DNA of 64,000 nt, from NCBI GenBank assembly GCA_965202785.1, contig OZ241855.1:288001-352000 (forward strand), given 5' to 3'. The translations under genes and the position numbers were made by a program. The notes under the pieces are model-generated. The model made no database searches, had not been told where the DNA came from, and saw only the letters and a list, made by a program, of their open reading frames with translations. Each line of letters opens with the position of its first letter. The stretch's first letter is position 1. This stretch comes from Thermodesulfobacteriota bacterium (GTDB taxonomy: Bacteria > Desulfobacterota_D > UBA1144 > Nemesobacterales > Nemesobacteraceae). This document shows positions 1 to 11,409 of this stretch, in pieces.

Positions 1-1004
<1,004 letters not shown>

Positions 1005-1016
1005 GAACCGCGCGGA

Positions 1017-2297
1017 TTACCGCCTGATAACCCTTACACCATCCATATAGGGAACCAGCACCTCGGGAATTTCCACCGTTCCCTCTTCGGTCTGGAAATT
1101 CTCAACAATCGCCAGCAGGGCTCTGCCCACAGCCACCCCGGAACCATTAAGAGTATGAAGATAGGCCGGCTTGGAGCCTTTTGATTTTCTGTATCTTATA
1201 TTGGCACGCCTCGCCTGAAACGCCTCAAAATTGCTGCAGGACGATATTTCCCTGTATCTACCTTCGCTCGGTACCCATACTTCAAGATCATAAGTCTTGG
1301 CGGAAGAAAACCCCATGTCTCCCGTGCAAAGAACAACAACCCTGTAAGGAATGCCCAGAAGTTCAAGAATCTTAGCAGCATCAGCAGTCAGCATTTCAAG
1401 TTCCTCGTACGAATTCTCCGGGTCGGCGAAGCGTACAAGCTCCACTTTGTTAAACTGATGCTGCCTTATTATCCCGTGCACGTCCTTCCCGTAAGAACCC
1501 GCTTCCTTCCTGAAGCACGGAGTGTAAGCCACGTATTTAATCGGAAGCATCTCCGCGGGAATTATCTCGTCGCGGTGAATGTTGGTAACGGGAACCTCGG
1601 CAGTGGGAACCAAGTAATAGTCCGTATCGTTAAGCTTGAAAAGATCTTCCTCGAATTTGGGGAGATTCCCCGTTCCAGTAAGACTCTCCGTGTTAGCTAC
1701 GAAGGGAGTGAGGACCTCTGTGTACCCGTGCTGCTTGGTATGAAAATCGAGCATGAAATTTATAAGAGCCCTCTCAAGCCGCGCGCCTGCGTTTTTGTAA
1801 AGCGCAAACCGTGCACCTGCGATCTTCGTCGCCCTAGGAAGATCGAGTATATCGAGCTCAGCCCCCAGCAGCACGTGGTCCTTCACCTCGAAATCAAAAT
1901 CCCTTGGTTCTCCCCACTTCCTTATCTCGACGTTTGCCGTGTCATCTGGACCCTCGGGAACCGAAGAATCGGGCATGTTGGGAACAGTCAGGAGAAACTC
2001 CCTGAGAAGCCCCTCCGCTTCCGCTTTCTTCTCGTTAAGATCTTTTATCTCATCCGAGAGAGCCTTCAGTTCAGGCAGAAGTTCTGAAAGTCCTTGCTGA
2101 TCTCCGGACCTCTTAAGGGCACCCACTTTTCTTGAGCCCTCGTTTCTCCGGTGTTCCAGAGTCTCAACCCTTTTTATTATCTCTTTTCTGCGGGAATTCA
2201 GTACTGTAAATTCCGATAGATCGGTCTCAAAACCGCGGGTAGCAAGTTTTTCACCCACAAGGTCAATATTTCGCTCAATCAATTTAGGATCTAGCAT
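1017..2297 (-). CDS. serS: Serine--tRNA ligase
   Basis: MLDPK start, [32 protein letters not shown]. Confidence 0.98.
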   Translation of the reverse strand: MLDPKLIERNIDLVGEKLATRGFETDLSEFTVLNSRRKEIIKRVETLEHRRNEGSRKVGALKRSGDQQGLSELLPELKALSDEIKDLNEKKAEAEGLLREFLLTVPNMPDSSVPEGPDDTANVEIRKWGEPRDFDFEVKDHVLLGAELDILDLPRATKIAGARFALYKNAGARLERALINFMLDFHTKQHGYTEVLTPFVANTESLTGTGNLPKFEEDLFKLNDTDYYLVPTAEVPVTNIHRDEIIPAEMLPIKYVAYTPCFRKEAGSYGKDVHGIIRQHQFNKVELVRFADPENSYEELEMLTADAAKILELLGIPYRVVVLCTGDMGFSSAKTYDLEVWVPSEGRYREISSCSNFEAFQARRANIRYRKSKGSKPAYLHTLNGSGVAVGRALLAIVENFQTEEGTVEIPEVLVPYMDGVRVIRR

Positions 2298-2475
2298 CTG
2301 AGATACATGCTCCGGCAGAACTTGAAAAAATCAAAAGTCAGGTGTCTAATTCAGGGAATTATATACACTCACAGCCAATATTTTCAAACAGCCAGGGGCT
2401 TTGCACAAAAGGTTCTTTTCGGGTTTAATAACCAAACATACAAAGCTGAAAGAGCGTCAAGAAAGGGAGTAACTA

Positions 2476-3195
2476 ATGAAAATACTGAATAACGGAATAG
2501 AAATAACCTACTTTGGACATTCCACTTTCTCAGTAAAATCGCCCTCCGGAAAAACGGTGATGATAGATCCGTGGATTGAGGGAAACCCATCGTGTCCGGA
2601 GCAGCTTCGTGAAGTCGGTCATGTTGATATCATAGCAGTCACACACGGGCATTTTGATCATATAAGTGACGTGGTTCCTCTATGCAGCAAGTATAACCCC
2701 AAAGTAGTGGCAAACTGGGAGATCTGCGACTGGCTGGGCTCAAAAGGAGTTCAAAACTGCATGCCGTGTAACAAGGGAGGCAACGTGGTCATAGACGGAA
2801 TAAGGTTCACAATGACCCACGCACAGCACAGCAGCAGCATGAAAGAGGAAGACGGAACTGTCATCTATGGCGGGGAACCGGCAGGCTACATAATAAAGTT
2901 TGAAAATGACTACACAATATATCATGCCGGAGATACCAACATTTTCGGCGACATGAAACTTATATCGGAGATATACAAGCCGCAACTGGCAATGCTGCCC
3001 ATCGGAGATCTCTTCACTATGTCTCCGCTTGAGGCATCATACGCATGCAGGCTGCTCAACGTGAAATGGGTCGTCCCCATGCACTACGGAACTTTTCCGC
3101 TCCTGGTGGGAACCCCTGATGAACTGAAGTCGCTGACCAAGGGCATAGATTCGCTGAGTGTGGTTGCCTTGGAGCCGGGACAGCAGATCACATGA
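2476..3195 (+). CDS. Metallo-beta-lactamase-fold hydrolase (UPF0173-like)
   Basis: FGHS, THGHFDH, HAGDT, PMHYGTF; SD AAGGGAG upstream. Confidence 0.9.
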   Translation: MKILNNGIEITYFGHSTFSVKSPSGKTVMIDPWIEGNPSCPEQLREVGHVDIIAVTHGHFDHISDVVPLCSKYNPKVVANWEICDWLGSKGVQNCMPCNKGGNVVIDGIRFTMTHAQHSSSMKEEDGTVIYGGEPAGYIIKFENDYTIYHAGDTNIFGDMKLISEIYKPQLAMLPIGDLFTMSPLEASYACRLLNVKWVVPMHYGTFPLLVGTPDELKSLTKGIDSLSVVALEPGQQIT

Positions 3196-3269
3196 CTTGC
3201 AAAGGCCTTTTACTTCAGAGCTAAAGGAGCTTTTTTGTCCTCATAAAAAGACAGCTTCATAAAAAAATT

Positions 3270-3956
3270 ATGAAAAACCCGGCAAAATTATTAGTCACCA
3301 TCGTCCTGCTCCTTGCAGTTTCCTGCGGGGGAAAACAGGCGATCTACGAAGGATCGGCAGAGCAACTTAATGACGAAGTGCTTGAAGAACTTAACAAGGA
3401 AGGCGGTTTTCCCTGGATATTCGGCGGAACAAATTACGACAAAGTATTCGACATCCTAAAGGAAATACAGATCCGCTATCCCTATACCAAGTACGCCGCG
3501 CTAGCTGAACTCAGAAGCGGTGATGTTTATTTTAAAAAAAAGGAATACACTCTAGCCGCTGAGGAATACGAAAATTTCATAGCAAACCACCCAGGTCACA
3601 AAGAACTTGATTACGCGATGTATCGCCTCGGACTTTCCTACTATAAGATGAAAGCGGGGAAGGACAGAAACCATTCAAAGCGGCTTCAGTCAATAAAGTG
3701 GTTTACACTGCTTAAGAAGACTTACCCCGACTCCCCGTACGCTGAGCAGATACAGGATAAAATCGAGGAATCCAGAAGAATGCTCGCGGAAAGAGAAATC
3801 TACATAGGGAAATTCTACCAGAAGAAAAAGAACTACGAGGCGGCGGCGAAAAGGTACAGAAATGTTCTTGAAAATTACTCCGACACCGAATACGCCGAGA
3901 AGGCCAGGAAGTTTCTCAGAAAGGTTGAGGAGAAATTATCCGAGCAGTCATCCTAG
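3270..3956 (+). CDS. bamD: Outer membrane assembly lipoprotein BamD
   Basis: Lipobox LAVSC, TPR-like repeats, YPDSPY, LAEREIYIGKFY, AAAKRY. Confidence 0.85.
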   Translation: MKNPAKLLVTIVLLLAVSCGGKQAIYEGSAEQLNDEVLEELNKEGGFPWIFGGTNYDKVFDILKEIQIRYPYTKYAALAELRSGDVYFKKKEYTLAAEEYENFIANHPGHKELDYAMYRLGLSYYKMKAGKDRNHSKRLQSIKWFTLLKKTYPDSPYAEQIQDKIEESRRMLAEREIYIGKFYQKKKNYEAAAKRYRNVLENYSDTEYAEKARKFLRKVEEKLSEQSS

Positions 3957-4105
3957 CAACGGGAGAAACCTTTCCCCGAAGCTACAGGCAAACAATCCGC
4001 CACGTGAATTTAACGACGCGATAATTTGCCGGGCGACTGTACGTATCGATCCGCAACGCGCGTCTTGATCAAACAATGTAATTCCACTCAAACAAAAAAA
4101 CAGAC

Positions 4106-4564
4106 ATGGTGAAGACATACAAGCTGCTCGCATATCTGGTTGCGATTATTTTTCTCGCCTCCTGCGGGTCTTCTGATGAAGAGAATATAAATCTAATTTT
4201 GGACAAGAGAATCAAGGCCTTTCAGCTAAAAGACCCTGAAATGTATTCTGAGTGCATACACGAAGATTACAGGGTAGCTTCAGAGGAAGAAGTAATTGAC
4301 AAGCACAAGCTGGTAAGCAGGTTCAAGGATCACGTATCCACCATTGACACGGTATCATTCGGCGAATCCGAAAGATACATATACATCAACGGAACAGACG
4401 CAAGGGTAATGATGCTCTCTTCAATTGACGTAAAGATAGATGATTATTCAATGACGTATAAAGCCAAAGAGGTTATTAACTTATCGAAAGTACTGGGAAA
4501 GTGGAGAATAACCAAAGAGTCTATGCTTAATTTGCTAAGCGGAACTATGATTCTTGATAACTAA
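4106..4564 (+). CDS. Lipoprotein, NTF2/SnoaL-like fold
   Basis: Lipobox LASC; C-terminal GKWRITKE strand typical of NTF2-like proteins. Confidence 0.6.
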   Translation: MVKTYKLLAYLVAIIFLASCGSSDEENINLILDKRIKAFQLKDPEMYSECIHEDYRVASEEEVIDKHKLVSRFKDHVSTIDTVSFGESERYIYINGTDARVMMLSSIDVKIDDYSMTYKAKEVINLSKVLGKWRITKESMLNLLSGTMILDN

Positions 4565-4567
4565 GAA

Positions 4568-4927
4568 CTAGCCGAATTTCTTTTCAATATCTTCCTGCTC
4601 TTCCTTACACTCTATGCAAAGAGTAGTCTCCGGTCTTGCAATCAGTCTCTGCTCCGAGATCTCCTCTTCACACACCTCACAGATTCCGTAAGAACCATTC
4701 TCAAGTCTCGCGAGCGCGTCGCGTATTTTCCGAAGCAGCTTTCTCTCCCTGTCCCTTTCCCGCAGTTCAAGAACCCTGTTTGACTCGGATAGCGCCCTGT
4801 CAAGCGGATCCGGGAAAGAATTGGAACCCTTGCTCATCCTATCAACAGTATCATATGCAATGCCCAGTATATCGGACATCTTCTGAATCAGGATGGTTCT
4901 TACCGTCTCCCTGGTTTCTGGCTTCAT
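4568..4927 (-). CDS. dksA: RNA polymerase-binding protein DksA (4-Cys zinc finger)
   Basis: DPLDRA coiled-coil tip; YGICEVC...RLIARPETTLCIEC. Confidence 0.92.
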   Translation of the reverse strand: MKPETRETVRTILIQKMSDILGIAYDTVDRMSKGSNSFPDPLDRALSESNRVLELRERDRERKLLRKIRDALARLENGSYGICEVCEEEISEQRLIARPETTLCIECKEEQEDIEKKFG

Positions 4928-4934
4928 GAAGAAT

Positions 4935-4962
4935 ATTATATATACCTACGTTTTTTTGTAAA
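4935..4962 (-). promoter_or_regulatory. sigma70-type promoter, probably leaderless, for dksA
   Basis: Minus strand TTTACA-16nt-TATAAT-7nt-ATG. Confidence 0.65.
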
Positions 4963-4999
4963 TTTGACGAAGTGCGACGAATATAGTTGATTATCCGCC

Positions 5000-5887
5000 A
5001 TGGCGAGAATGAAGAGACTTACGATTGAGTTGCCGGGAGAAATGGCTGCACTTGTTTCGGATCTGCTCCTGGGTCTTGAAGCCGGAGCCGTCAGTGAGGA
5101 GCAAAGAGAACACAGAGAACCATTAATTCATGCGTATTTTAAGGAAGAAACGGATCTTGCGGAAATCATAACAAACTTAAGGGAGTTCTCTGCGCTTTTT
5201 GGCGAAAACGCCGAGGTGATGCGATTCACCACCCGATACATCAATCAAGCGGACTGGGAGGGTTGGAAATCCTATTTGAAACCGGTAAGGGCGAGTCGTC
5301 GAATAGTTATCAAACCTCCATGGGAAAAACAATACAAGGCGGAGCAGGGAACCAAGGTAGTTGAAATAAATCCGGGAAACGCTTTTGGTACGGGACATCA
5401 CGAAACAACAAGAATATGCGTAAGTTATCTGGATGAAATTATTGAAAAATCCCCTCGATGTTCTGTCTTTGACGTGGGATGCGGGAGCGGCATTCTGGGT
5501 ATCTGCTCAATTAAACTGGGAGCATACATTTCCTTTTGCGCAGATATTGATTTCAAGGCCGCAAAAGAAACCATCTCGAACTCAGTAAGAAACGCAACTT
5601 CCGACAAGGTAAAAGTCTGGTGTGGTTCTGCGGACTGCACACGGAAAAAATTCGACGTGGTTGTTTCCAACACATCCAAGGATACTCTTATTTCAATGAA
5701 GGAGAATCTAAAAAGGAGACTTCTCCCCCCGGGACATCTTATAGTGTCCGGTATACAGGCAAACGAGAAAAGTGAAGTGGCCGAAATTTACGGAAACTCG
5801 GGTTATGATATTGTCAGCGGGAAGGTCGAGGGCGGATGGGCCGGATTACTCCTGAGGTTAAAAAAAACGAGGAAGCCTGCAAGATGA
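5000..5887 (+). CDS. prmA: Ribosomal protein L11 methyltransferase
   Basis: IKPPW, INPGNAFGTGHHETT, DVGCGSGILG. Confidence 0.9.
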   Translation: MARMKRLTIELPGEMAALVSDLLLGLEAGAVSEEQREHREPLIHAYFKEETDLAEIITNLREFSALFGENAEVMRFTTRYINQADWEGWKSYLKPVRASRRIVIKPPWEKQYKAEQGTKVVEINPGNAFGTGHHETTRICVSYLDEIIEKSPRCSVFDVGCGSGILGICSIKLGAYISFCADIDFKAAKETISNSVRNATSDKVKVWCGSADCTRKKFDVVVSNTSKDTLISMKENLKRRLLPPGHLIVSGIQANEKSEVAEIYGNSGYDIVSGKVEGGWAGLLLRLKKTRKPAR

Positions 5888-6933
5888 ACTCCTTTAAAAC
5901 TATAGAATGGAAAGACAACAGAGTCTTAATGATTGACCAGAGAAAGCTTCCAGGGGAGGAAGTCTACGTTGAATGCACTACTTTTGAAGAAGTGGCCGAA
6001 TGCATAAGGAAACTGGTTATCAGGGGAGCACCGGCGATAGGAATAGCGGCCGCCATGGGAATGGCTCTCGGGGCCACGAGTATAGGAAACGATTCCTCCT
6101 ACGAAAACTTCGAAGAGCACATGGAAGCCGTATCGGAGCACCTGGCCCTGACGCGACCGACAGCCGTAAATCTGTTTTGGGCCATCAGCAGAATGAACAG
6201 ACTGATTTCCAAGTGCAGAGGCAAGGAAGTTGAAGAGATAAAAAACCTTCTCATAACCGAGGCAATTAACATACAGAAAGAAGACCTTAAAACATGCATG
6301 CAGATAGGGGAAAACGGATCCAAACTCATAATAGAAAACTCTGTCATCCTCACGCACTGCAACGCCGGAGGACTCGCCACCGCCGGTTATGGGACAGCTT
6401 TAGGGGTAATAAGGTCAGCTTTTAGCCAAGGCAAGAATATAAGCGTAATATCATCAGAGACAAGGCCCGTTCTCCAAGGAGCAAGGCTCACTACGTGGGA
6501 GCTCGAGCGGGATGGAATCCCGGTCCGTCTGATAACCGACAGTATGGCCGGGCATCTGATGAGTAAGGGGATTGTGAATTCGGTCGTGGTCGGGGCTGAC
6601 AGAGTAGCTTCAAACGGAGATACGGCAAACAAGATAGGAACCTACTCCCTCTCCGTCCTAGCTAAGCATCACGACATTCCCTTTTACGTAGCGGCCCCCA
6701 CTTCAACCATAGATACCGAATGCTTAAGCGGAGAGGATATTATAATTGAGCAAAGAGAACCCGAAGAAGTAACGCACATAGACGGGAAACGAATAAGTGC
6801 GGAAGTGACCGCAATCAATCCCGCTTTTGACATTACACCGGCTGAAAATATCGAATGCCTGATAACTGAAGTCGGGTTGTTTAAAAAACCCTATACTAAA
6901 TCTCTCGGCAGACTCAAAAAGAAAGATCAGTAA
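5884..6933 (+). CDS. mtnA: S-methyl-5-thioribose-1-phosphate isomerase
   Basis: IDQRKLP, IRGAPAIG, RPTAVNL, THCNAG, ETRPVLQGARLT; start set at ATG 5884 overlapping the prmA stop. Confidence 0.95.
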   Translation: MNSFKTIEWKDNRVLMIDQRKLPGEEVYVECTTFEEVAECIRKLVIRGAPAIGIAAAMGMALGATSIGNDSSYENFEEHMEAVSEHLALTRPTAVNLFWAISRMNRLISKCRGKEVEEIKNLLITEAINIQKEDLKTCMQIGENGSKLIIENSVILTHCNAGGLATAGYGTALGVIRSAFSQGKNISVISSETRPVLQGARLTTWELERDGIPVRLITDSMAGHLMSKGIVNSVVVGADRVASNGDTANKIGTYSLSVLAKHHDIPFYVAAPTSTIDTECLSGEDIIIEQREPEEVTHIDGKRISAEVTAINPAFDITPAENIECLITEVGLFKKPYTKSLGRLKKKDQ

Positions 6934-7385
6934 TCTCCCCTTTCGATTTCCTCCTGGGCTTCGACACTTAGTTTCGTAAAGGGCATGACCATCAGCCTCT
7001 CTTCCCCTATTTTCTCCCCTGTAACTTCGCAGAAACCATATTCCCCGTTTTCAATCCTCTTCAGAGCATCATCTATCTGATGCAGTTTGTTGCGCTCCCT
7101 GTTCGAAAGAGTAAGGGCAAGTTCTCTCTGCCTGTCTTCGGATGCGTGATCATAAAAATCTCCGACATTGAAACGCAGATGATCCGATTCCTCTTTCATT
7201 GATCGGGTTACATCTTTAAGTAGTTCCTCTCTCATCTCTTTAAGCATGGCAGTCATCTGGTTAAGGAACTTCTTTGTATATTTTCTGGGGTTGGTTCTCC
7301 TCGACTTAGCTTTTGTTCCGGTCGCCGTGGAAGAACTTTTCTTCAAGGTCTTTTTTTCCGGTTTTTCCTTTTTTACTCTGGGCAC
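6927..7385 (-). CDS. TraR/DksA-family protein with single-Cys finger and Lys-rich N-terminus
   Basis: GDFYDHASED, ALKRIENGEYGFCEVTGEKIGEERL...LSVEAQ; GTG start 7385 with SD AGAGGAG. Confidence 0.85.
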   Translation of the reverse strand: MPRVKKEKPEKKTLKKSSSTATGTKAKSRRTNPRKYTKKFLNQMTAMLKEMREELLKDVTRSMKEESDHLRFNVGDFYDHASEDRQRELALTLSNRERNKLHQIDDALKRIENGEYGFCEVTGEKIGEERLMVMPFTKLSVEAQEEIERGDY

Positions 7386-7431
7386 GATGACTCCTCTGGT
7401 AATCAAAGTCTAGATTTTTCAAGGGTGAATT

Positions 7432-7459
7432 AAGATAAAATTATTATTCCTTTTGTCAA
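7432..7459 (-). promoter_or_regulatory. sigma70-type promoter for the second dksA paralog
   Basis: TTGACA-16nt-TATCTT on the minus strand. Confidence 0.55.
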
Positions 7460-7552
7460 TACTGGTTATTGCTAATAATTAGGGGGTATTATCTTGTCAT
7501 ATTTCCCGCCTCGGTGATAATATAGTTTTCTCGATCATTACACCCTTCCGAA

Positions 7553-9109
7553 ATGAAAAACGGCTCTAAGAAGAGAGAGGCCTGGGCGACCAAGACAGGC
7601 CTTATATTAGCCATGGCGGGCAACGCCATAGGCCTCGGTAACTTTCTTAGATTTCCAACGCAGGCTGCCGAAAACGGCGGCGGCGCTTTCATGATTCCCT
7701 ATTTCATAGCATTTGTCCTGATAGGAATTCCGATCATGTGGATGGAATGGGGAATGGGAAGGTACGGAGGGTCTCGCGGGCACGGAACAACCCCCGCGAT
7801 ATTCAATCTTTTCTGGAAAAGCCCCGTGTCCAGAACCCTTGGGGTTATAGGACTCTGGATACCCCTTGTCGTATCAATTTACTACGTTTACATTGAATCT
7901 TGGACTTTGGGATACGCTTTGCACTTTCTCCTAGGAAGCAATCCCAGTCTTGATCCGGGGTCAGTTTCAAATGCCGCGGAGTACGTAAAACCCTACAGCA
8001 GCTTTCTTGCCGATTATCTCGGTGCGGGAGACGGCGTGTTCCTTACTCCTTCCAAAATGGCTATTACCGCCTTTGTAATCACAATCGCTGCAAATTTCTA
8101 CATCATGCTGAGAGGAATATCGGGAGGTATAGAGATATTCGTCAAGTATGCCCTCCCCATGCTGTTTGTTCTGGCGATAATACTCGTAGTAAAGACTCTG
8201 ACGCTCAAAACTGATTACGGAACCGCGGTAGAGGGACTTAACTTCCTCTGGAATCCTGACTTTGAAGCCCTTAAAAACCCGAAAGTATGGATAGCGGCGG
8301 CCGGGCAGATTTTCTTCACGCTGAGCCTAGCTTTCGGAGCAATAGTTGCGTACGCATCCTACATAAAGATCGATGATGACGTAACCTTAAGCGGCTTGAC
8401 TTCGGCATCTCTTAACGAAACAGTTGAGGTGATTCTCGGGGGATCAATAGCCATTCCGGCGGCAGTGGCGTTCTTCGGAGTCGCAAGCGTGGTCACCGTA
8501 GCACAATCAGGTGCCTTCAGCTTGGGATTCGTAAGCCTCCCCGCAGTGTTCAGCAGTATTTCGGGAAGCCTAGGAGGGGTTGAGGCGGGCAGAATCTTCG
8601 GATTCTTGTGGTTTTTTCTCCTGTTTTTTGCCGGTATGACCTCGTCCGTAGCTATAGCATATCCCGTAGTAACTTTCCTTCAGGATGAATTCGACATCTC
8701 GAGGCAAAGAGCTGTCGTATACACCATGCTGATAATAATTGTAAGCGTGCTGCCGGTGATACTGATAAGCCAGGTCCTTGACGAATGGGATTTCTGGGCC
8801 GGCACCATAATGCTCGTCGTATTCGGATTCATTGAAATAGTAATGTTCATGTGGGTATTCGGGGCCGATAGGGCTTGGAATGAAATAAACTCGGGGGGAT
8901 TTATACAGGCACCGCGGGTTTTTTACTACATTCTAAAATATCTGACGCCGTTTTTCCTTCTGATTCTCATATCTTGGTGGGGATACAGTAGTCTGCCTTC
9001 GGTAATCGGAGAAACCAGCTGGAATATCTGGTTCGCTAGGCTTTATATTGTGGGGTTGTTTGTTTTCCTTTCAGTTATGGTTTATATTGCCGGTAGGAGG
9101 GAAAGATAA
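7553..9109 (+). CDS. Sodium-dependent amino acid transporter, NSS family, LeuT-like
   Basis: [47 protein letters not shown] closely follow Aquifex LeuT. Confidence 0.93.
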   Translation: MKNGSKKREAWATKTGLILAMAGNAIGLGNFLRFPTQAAENGGGAFMIPYFIAFVLIGIPIMWMEWGMGRYGGSRGHGTTPAIFNLFWKSPVSRTLGVIGLWIPLVVSIYYVYIESWTLGYALHFLLGSNPSLDPGSVSNAAEYVKPYSSFLADYLGAGDGVFLTPSKMAITAFVITIAANFYIMLRGISGGIEIFVKYALPMLFVLAIILVVKTLTLKTDYGTAVEGLNFLWNPDFEALKNPKVWIAAAGQIFFTLSLAFGAIVAYASYIKIDDDVTLSGLTSASLNETVEVILGGSIAIPAAVAFFGVASVVTVAQSGAFSLGFVSLPAVFSSISGSLGGVEAGRIFGFLWFFLLFFAGMTSSVAIAYPVVTFLQDEFDISRQRAVVYTMLIIIVSVLPVILISQVLDEWDFWAGTIMLVVFGFIEIVMFMWVFGADRAWNEINSGGFIQAPRVFYYILKYLTPFFLLILISWWGYSSLPSVIGETSWNIWFARLYIVGLFVFLSVMVYIAGRRER

Positions 9110-9207
9110 TGGATTTCGCCGCTGCACTCTTCATGTTTATCTCTTGGGGAAGCGTCTTGAGTCTTCTCTCTTTCTGCCTTATAAAATTCCACAGAAACCC
9201 CAGATAG
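9109..9207 (+). CDS. 32-aa single-TM microprotein, candidate NSS transporter small subunit (MetS-like)
   Basis: [32 protein letters not shown]; TAATG overlap with the transporter stop; SD AGGAGG at 9095-9100; not in the ORF track. Confidence 0.75.
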   Translation: MDFAAALFMFISWGSVLSLLSFCLIKFHRNPR

Positions 9208-9270
9208 CTGCCGCGGTAACGACTCAAAATGTTCTGCGACCCCATTTGGTAACCAGCAGGTATTGCCGGC

Positions 9271-10620
9271 TTAGCCCTGTTCCGTTTCTTTTTGAAGAAC
9301 TTCCTTGGGTTTTCCAATACGGAAAATCTTTATAACATCTTCAAGCTGATGTATCAAAAAGAGAGTAAGGGCAAAAGACGTAGCGAAAAGAACTAGAGAA
9401 TTTCCTCCGATTATCGCTATGAGAACTAACCCGGCCGAATAATAATTTCTTCTCCCCAAAAAACGAAGACGGGCAAGCAGTTTCCTCAGGAGGGAAAGTT
9501 CCTCGGGATTGATATGCTTGTCGACTTCAAAGTACGCAACCAGACTGCCAGAATCTGTGTACTTTATCAGAAAGTAAAACGACCATATAAGAAACAAGAT
9601 GAAGACTATGATGTTATAGCTTCCGAGGATGATCGCAATGGTGCTTCCGGTCTGAAGATAATATCCAACAGGAACTCCAATCAGGAAGGAAAGCACTGTG
9701 AACTGGTCACTTATGGTGTCAACCCACTGCCCTTTTTTTGTCTCCATAAGCTTTATTCTCGCAACTTCCCCGTCACACCTGTCCAAAACAGTTGCCGCCT
9801 GCATGAAAAGAGCTCCCAGCACTGCATGACCAAGGGCGTAAAACGGCCCGCAGAGCACTCCTATCAGGTTAATCAGAACGCTAACAGCGTTAGGAGTGAG
9901 AGATGTTCTTATCAGAAGCTTGCTCAAAGGAAGAGACATCCGGCCGTTTATATTTCTGGCTATCCATCCGGTGGCCGTTTTGCCTACGTGAGAAAAAATG
10001 ATTCTTTCCGCTTCTTTTCGAGACTCCTTGGTATCCGAAAGACGGTACCAGTACCCGCTGTCGGCACTGAAGATTCTCATGCGGTTCCGCGTGGCCTCGT
10101 CGCCAAGCCAAGTATTGAGCCCGGCAGCCGAAAGCACGGCTGGAACTTCTGTGAAGTTTACGGAGAAAGCGCCAAAGACGCTGCTTCCTCCACCGAAATA
10201 CTTGTTTACGTAACCGGTTTCCCTGTCCATGCCAACAACAGGATCAGCGTCCTGCTGAACAAGCACAGAAAACTCATCCTCGCGGCAATCAGATGAATCA
10301 CGAATGAATTTTTCAAGGGAATTGGAGTTCGTGACAACCAGAGAGGATTCTAAAATAAGGACCCTGCCCGAATCTATCGACACCGACTCTCCGGGCGGGA
10401 CCCAGTTTATGTCCGATGTGATTCTCGAGTCATCAATAAGAAGGTTTTTGAGAAAACCCGCGTTATTGGTAATTATATGAAACCGCTCAGTTCCGGCACG
10501 TTGACAATTTATTATAATTCTTTTGAGTTGAGGGACTTGCGCTATCGATTTGCTTGGGAATTTGGATAGATCCTCGCCATTTGTTCCTGTGCCAGAACAA
10601 AGTACAATAGCGTCTTTCAT
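9271..10620 (-). CDS. CDP-alcohol phosphotransferase with degenerate N-terminal nucleotidyltransferase-like domain
   Basis: LDRCDGEVAR...GQWVDTISD signature, TPNAVS; N-terminus MKDAIVLCSG. Confidence 0.85.
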   Translation of the reverse strand: MKDAIVLCSGTGTNGEDLSKFPSKSIAQVPQLKRIIINCQRAGTERFHIITNNAGFLKNLLIDDSRITSDINWVPPGESVSIDSGRVLILESSLVVTNSNSLEKFIRDSSDCREDEFSVLVQQDADPVVGMDRETGYVNKYFGGGSSVFGAFSVNFTEVPAVLSAAGLNTWLGDEATRNRMRIFSADSGYWYRLSDTKESRKEAERIIFSHVGKTATGWIARNINGRMSLPLSKLLIRTSLTPNAVSVLINLIGVLCGPFYALGHAVLGALFMQAATVLDRCDGEVARIKLMETKKGQWVDTISDQFTVLSFLIGVPVGYYLQTGSTIAIILGSYNIIVFILFLIWSFYFLIKYTDSGSLVAYFEVDKHINPEELSLLRKLLARLRFLGRRNYYSAGLVLIAIIGGNSLVLFATSFALTLFLIHQLEDVIKIFRIGKPKEVLQKETEQG

Positions 10621-10626
10621 GGCAAA

Positions 10627-11409
10627 TTATTCAGAGGAGTCAACAACTCTGAGAAGATTTGGGGCACGGTATTCCTTTTTCAAGAATCTGTCAGCCTGTT
10701 TTCTCGCCCTGAAAAGATCTAGTGGACAGTCGACATCCATCCAGTAAAGTTCGCCTATATCGAGGGGCTTGATTTTATACCCCTTGCTTATAAGCCTGTG
10801 TATCGAGGAAATGTACCATTTGCCTTCGGCACCGGGATTCCTCATCTCTTCCTCAACCGCCCTTTTGAGCAGTTCAACCCCTGTATCCCTGAACACTCTT
10901 ATGCCGACTGATTCAGCGGAGGTCTCGGCGTTTGAGATCTCCTTGCTTATCTTCGTGATTCTGCTGTCGTTGACAACAACTTTCATGTCCTCCCTTTCAT
11001 ATCGAGATCTCTTTTTTATGGGAAGACAGATTTTTTCATCCCTGACCCCAAGCGCCTTGTCCAAAACACCTATCTCGTACACATCGTCTCCGTTCATGAC
11101 CACTAAATCTTCGTCAAATTCGCTTCTAGCTATCCAGAGAGACACAAGGCTGTTTGTAGATTGGTAGAATGGGTTGTAAAGGGTGTTGATTCTCATTCCC
11201 AAGCCATCGTAATTTCTCAGGAAATCCTCCACTCTCTCAAAACCAAAACCCACGACGATCACAACTTCGTTTATGCCGCAGTCTCTTATAAGATTTATCT
11301 GGTGTTCAAGTATGGATATATTCCCAATATCAAGAAGACACTTGGGCTTGTCATGAGTGTAGGGATATAGTCTAGTTCCCCTACCCGCTGCAAGTATTAT
11401 AGCTTTCAT
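10627..11409 (-). CDS. Sugar-/choline-phosphate cytidylyltransferase family (LicC/IPCT-like)
   Basis: MKAIILAAGRGTRL, PKCLL, NGD, WMDVDCPLDL. Confidence 0.85.
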   Translation of the reverse strand: MKAIILAAGRGTRLYPYTHDKPKCLLDIGNISILEHQINLIRDCGINEVVIVVGFGFERVEDFLRNYDGLGMRINTLYNPFYQSTNSLVSLWIARSEFDEDLVVMNGDDVYEIGVLDKALGVRDEKICLPIKKRSRYEREDMKVVVNDSRITKISKEISNAETSAESVGIRVFRDTGVELLKRAVEEEMRNPGAEGKWYISSIHRLISKGYKIKPLDIGELYWMDVDCPLDLFRARKQADRFLKKEYRAPNLLRVVDSSE

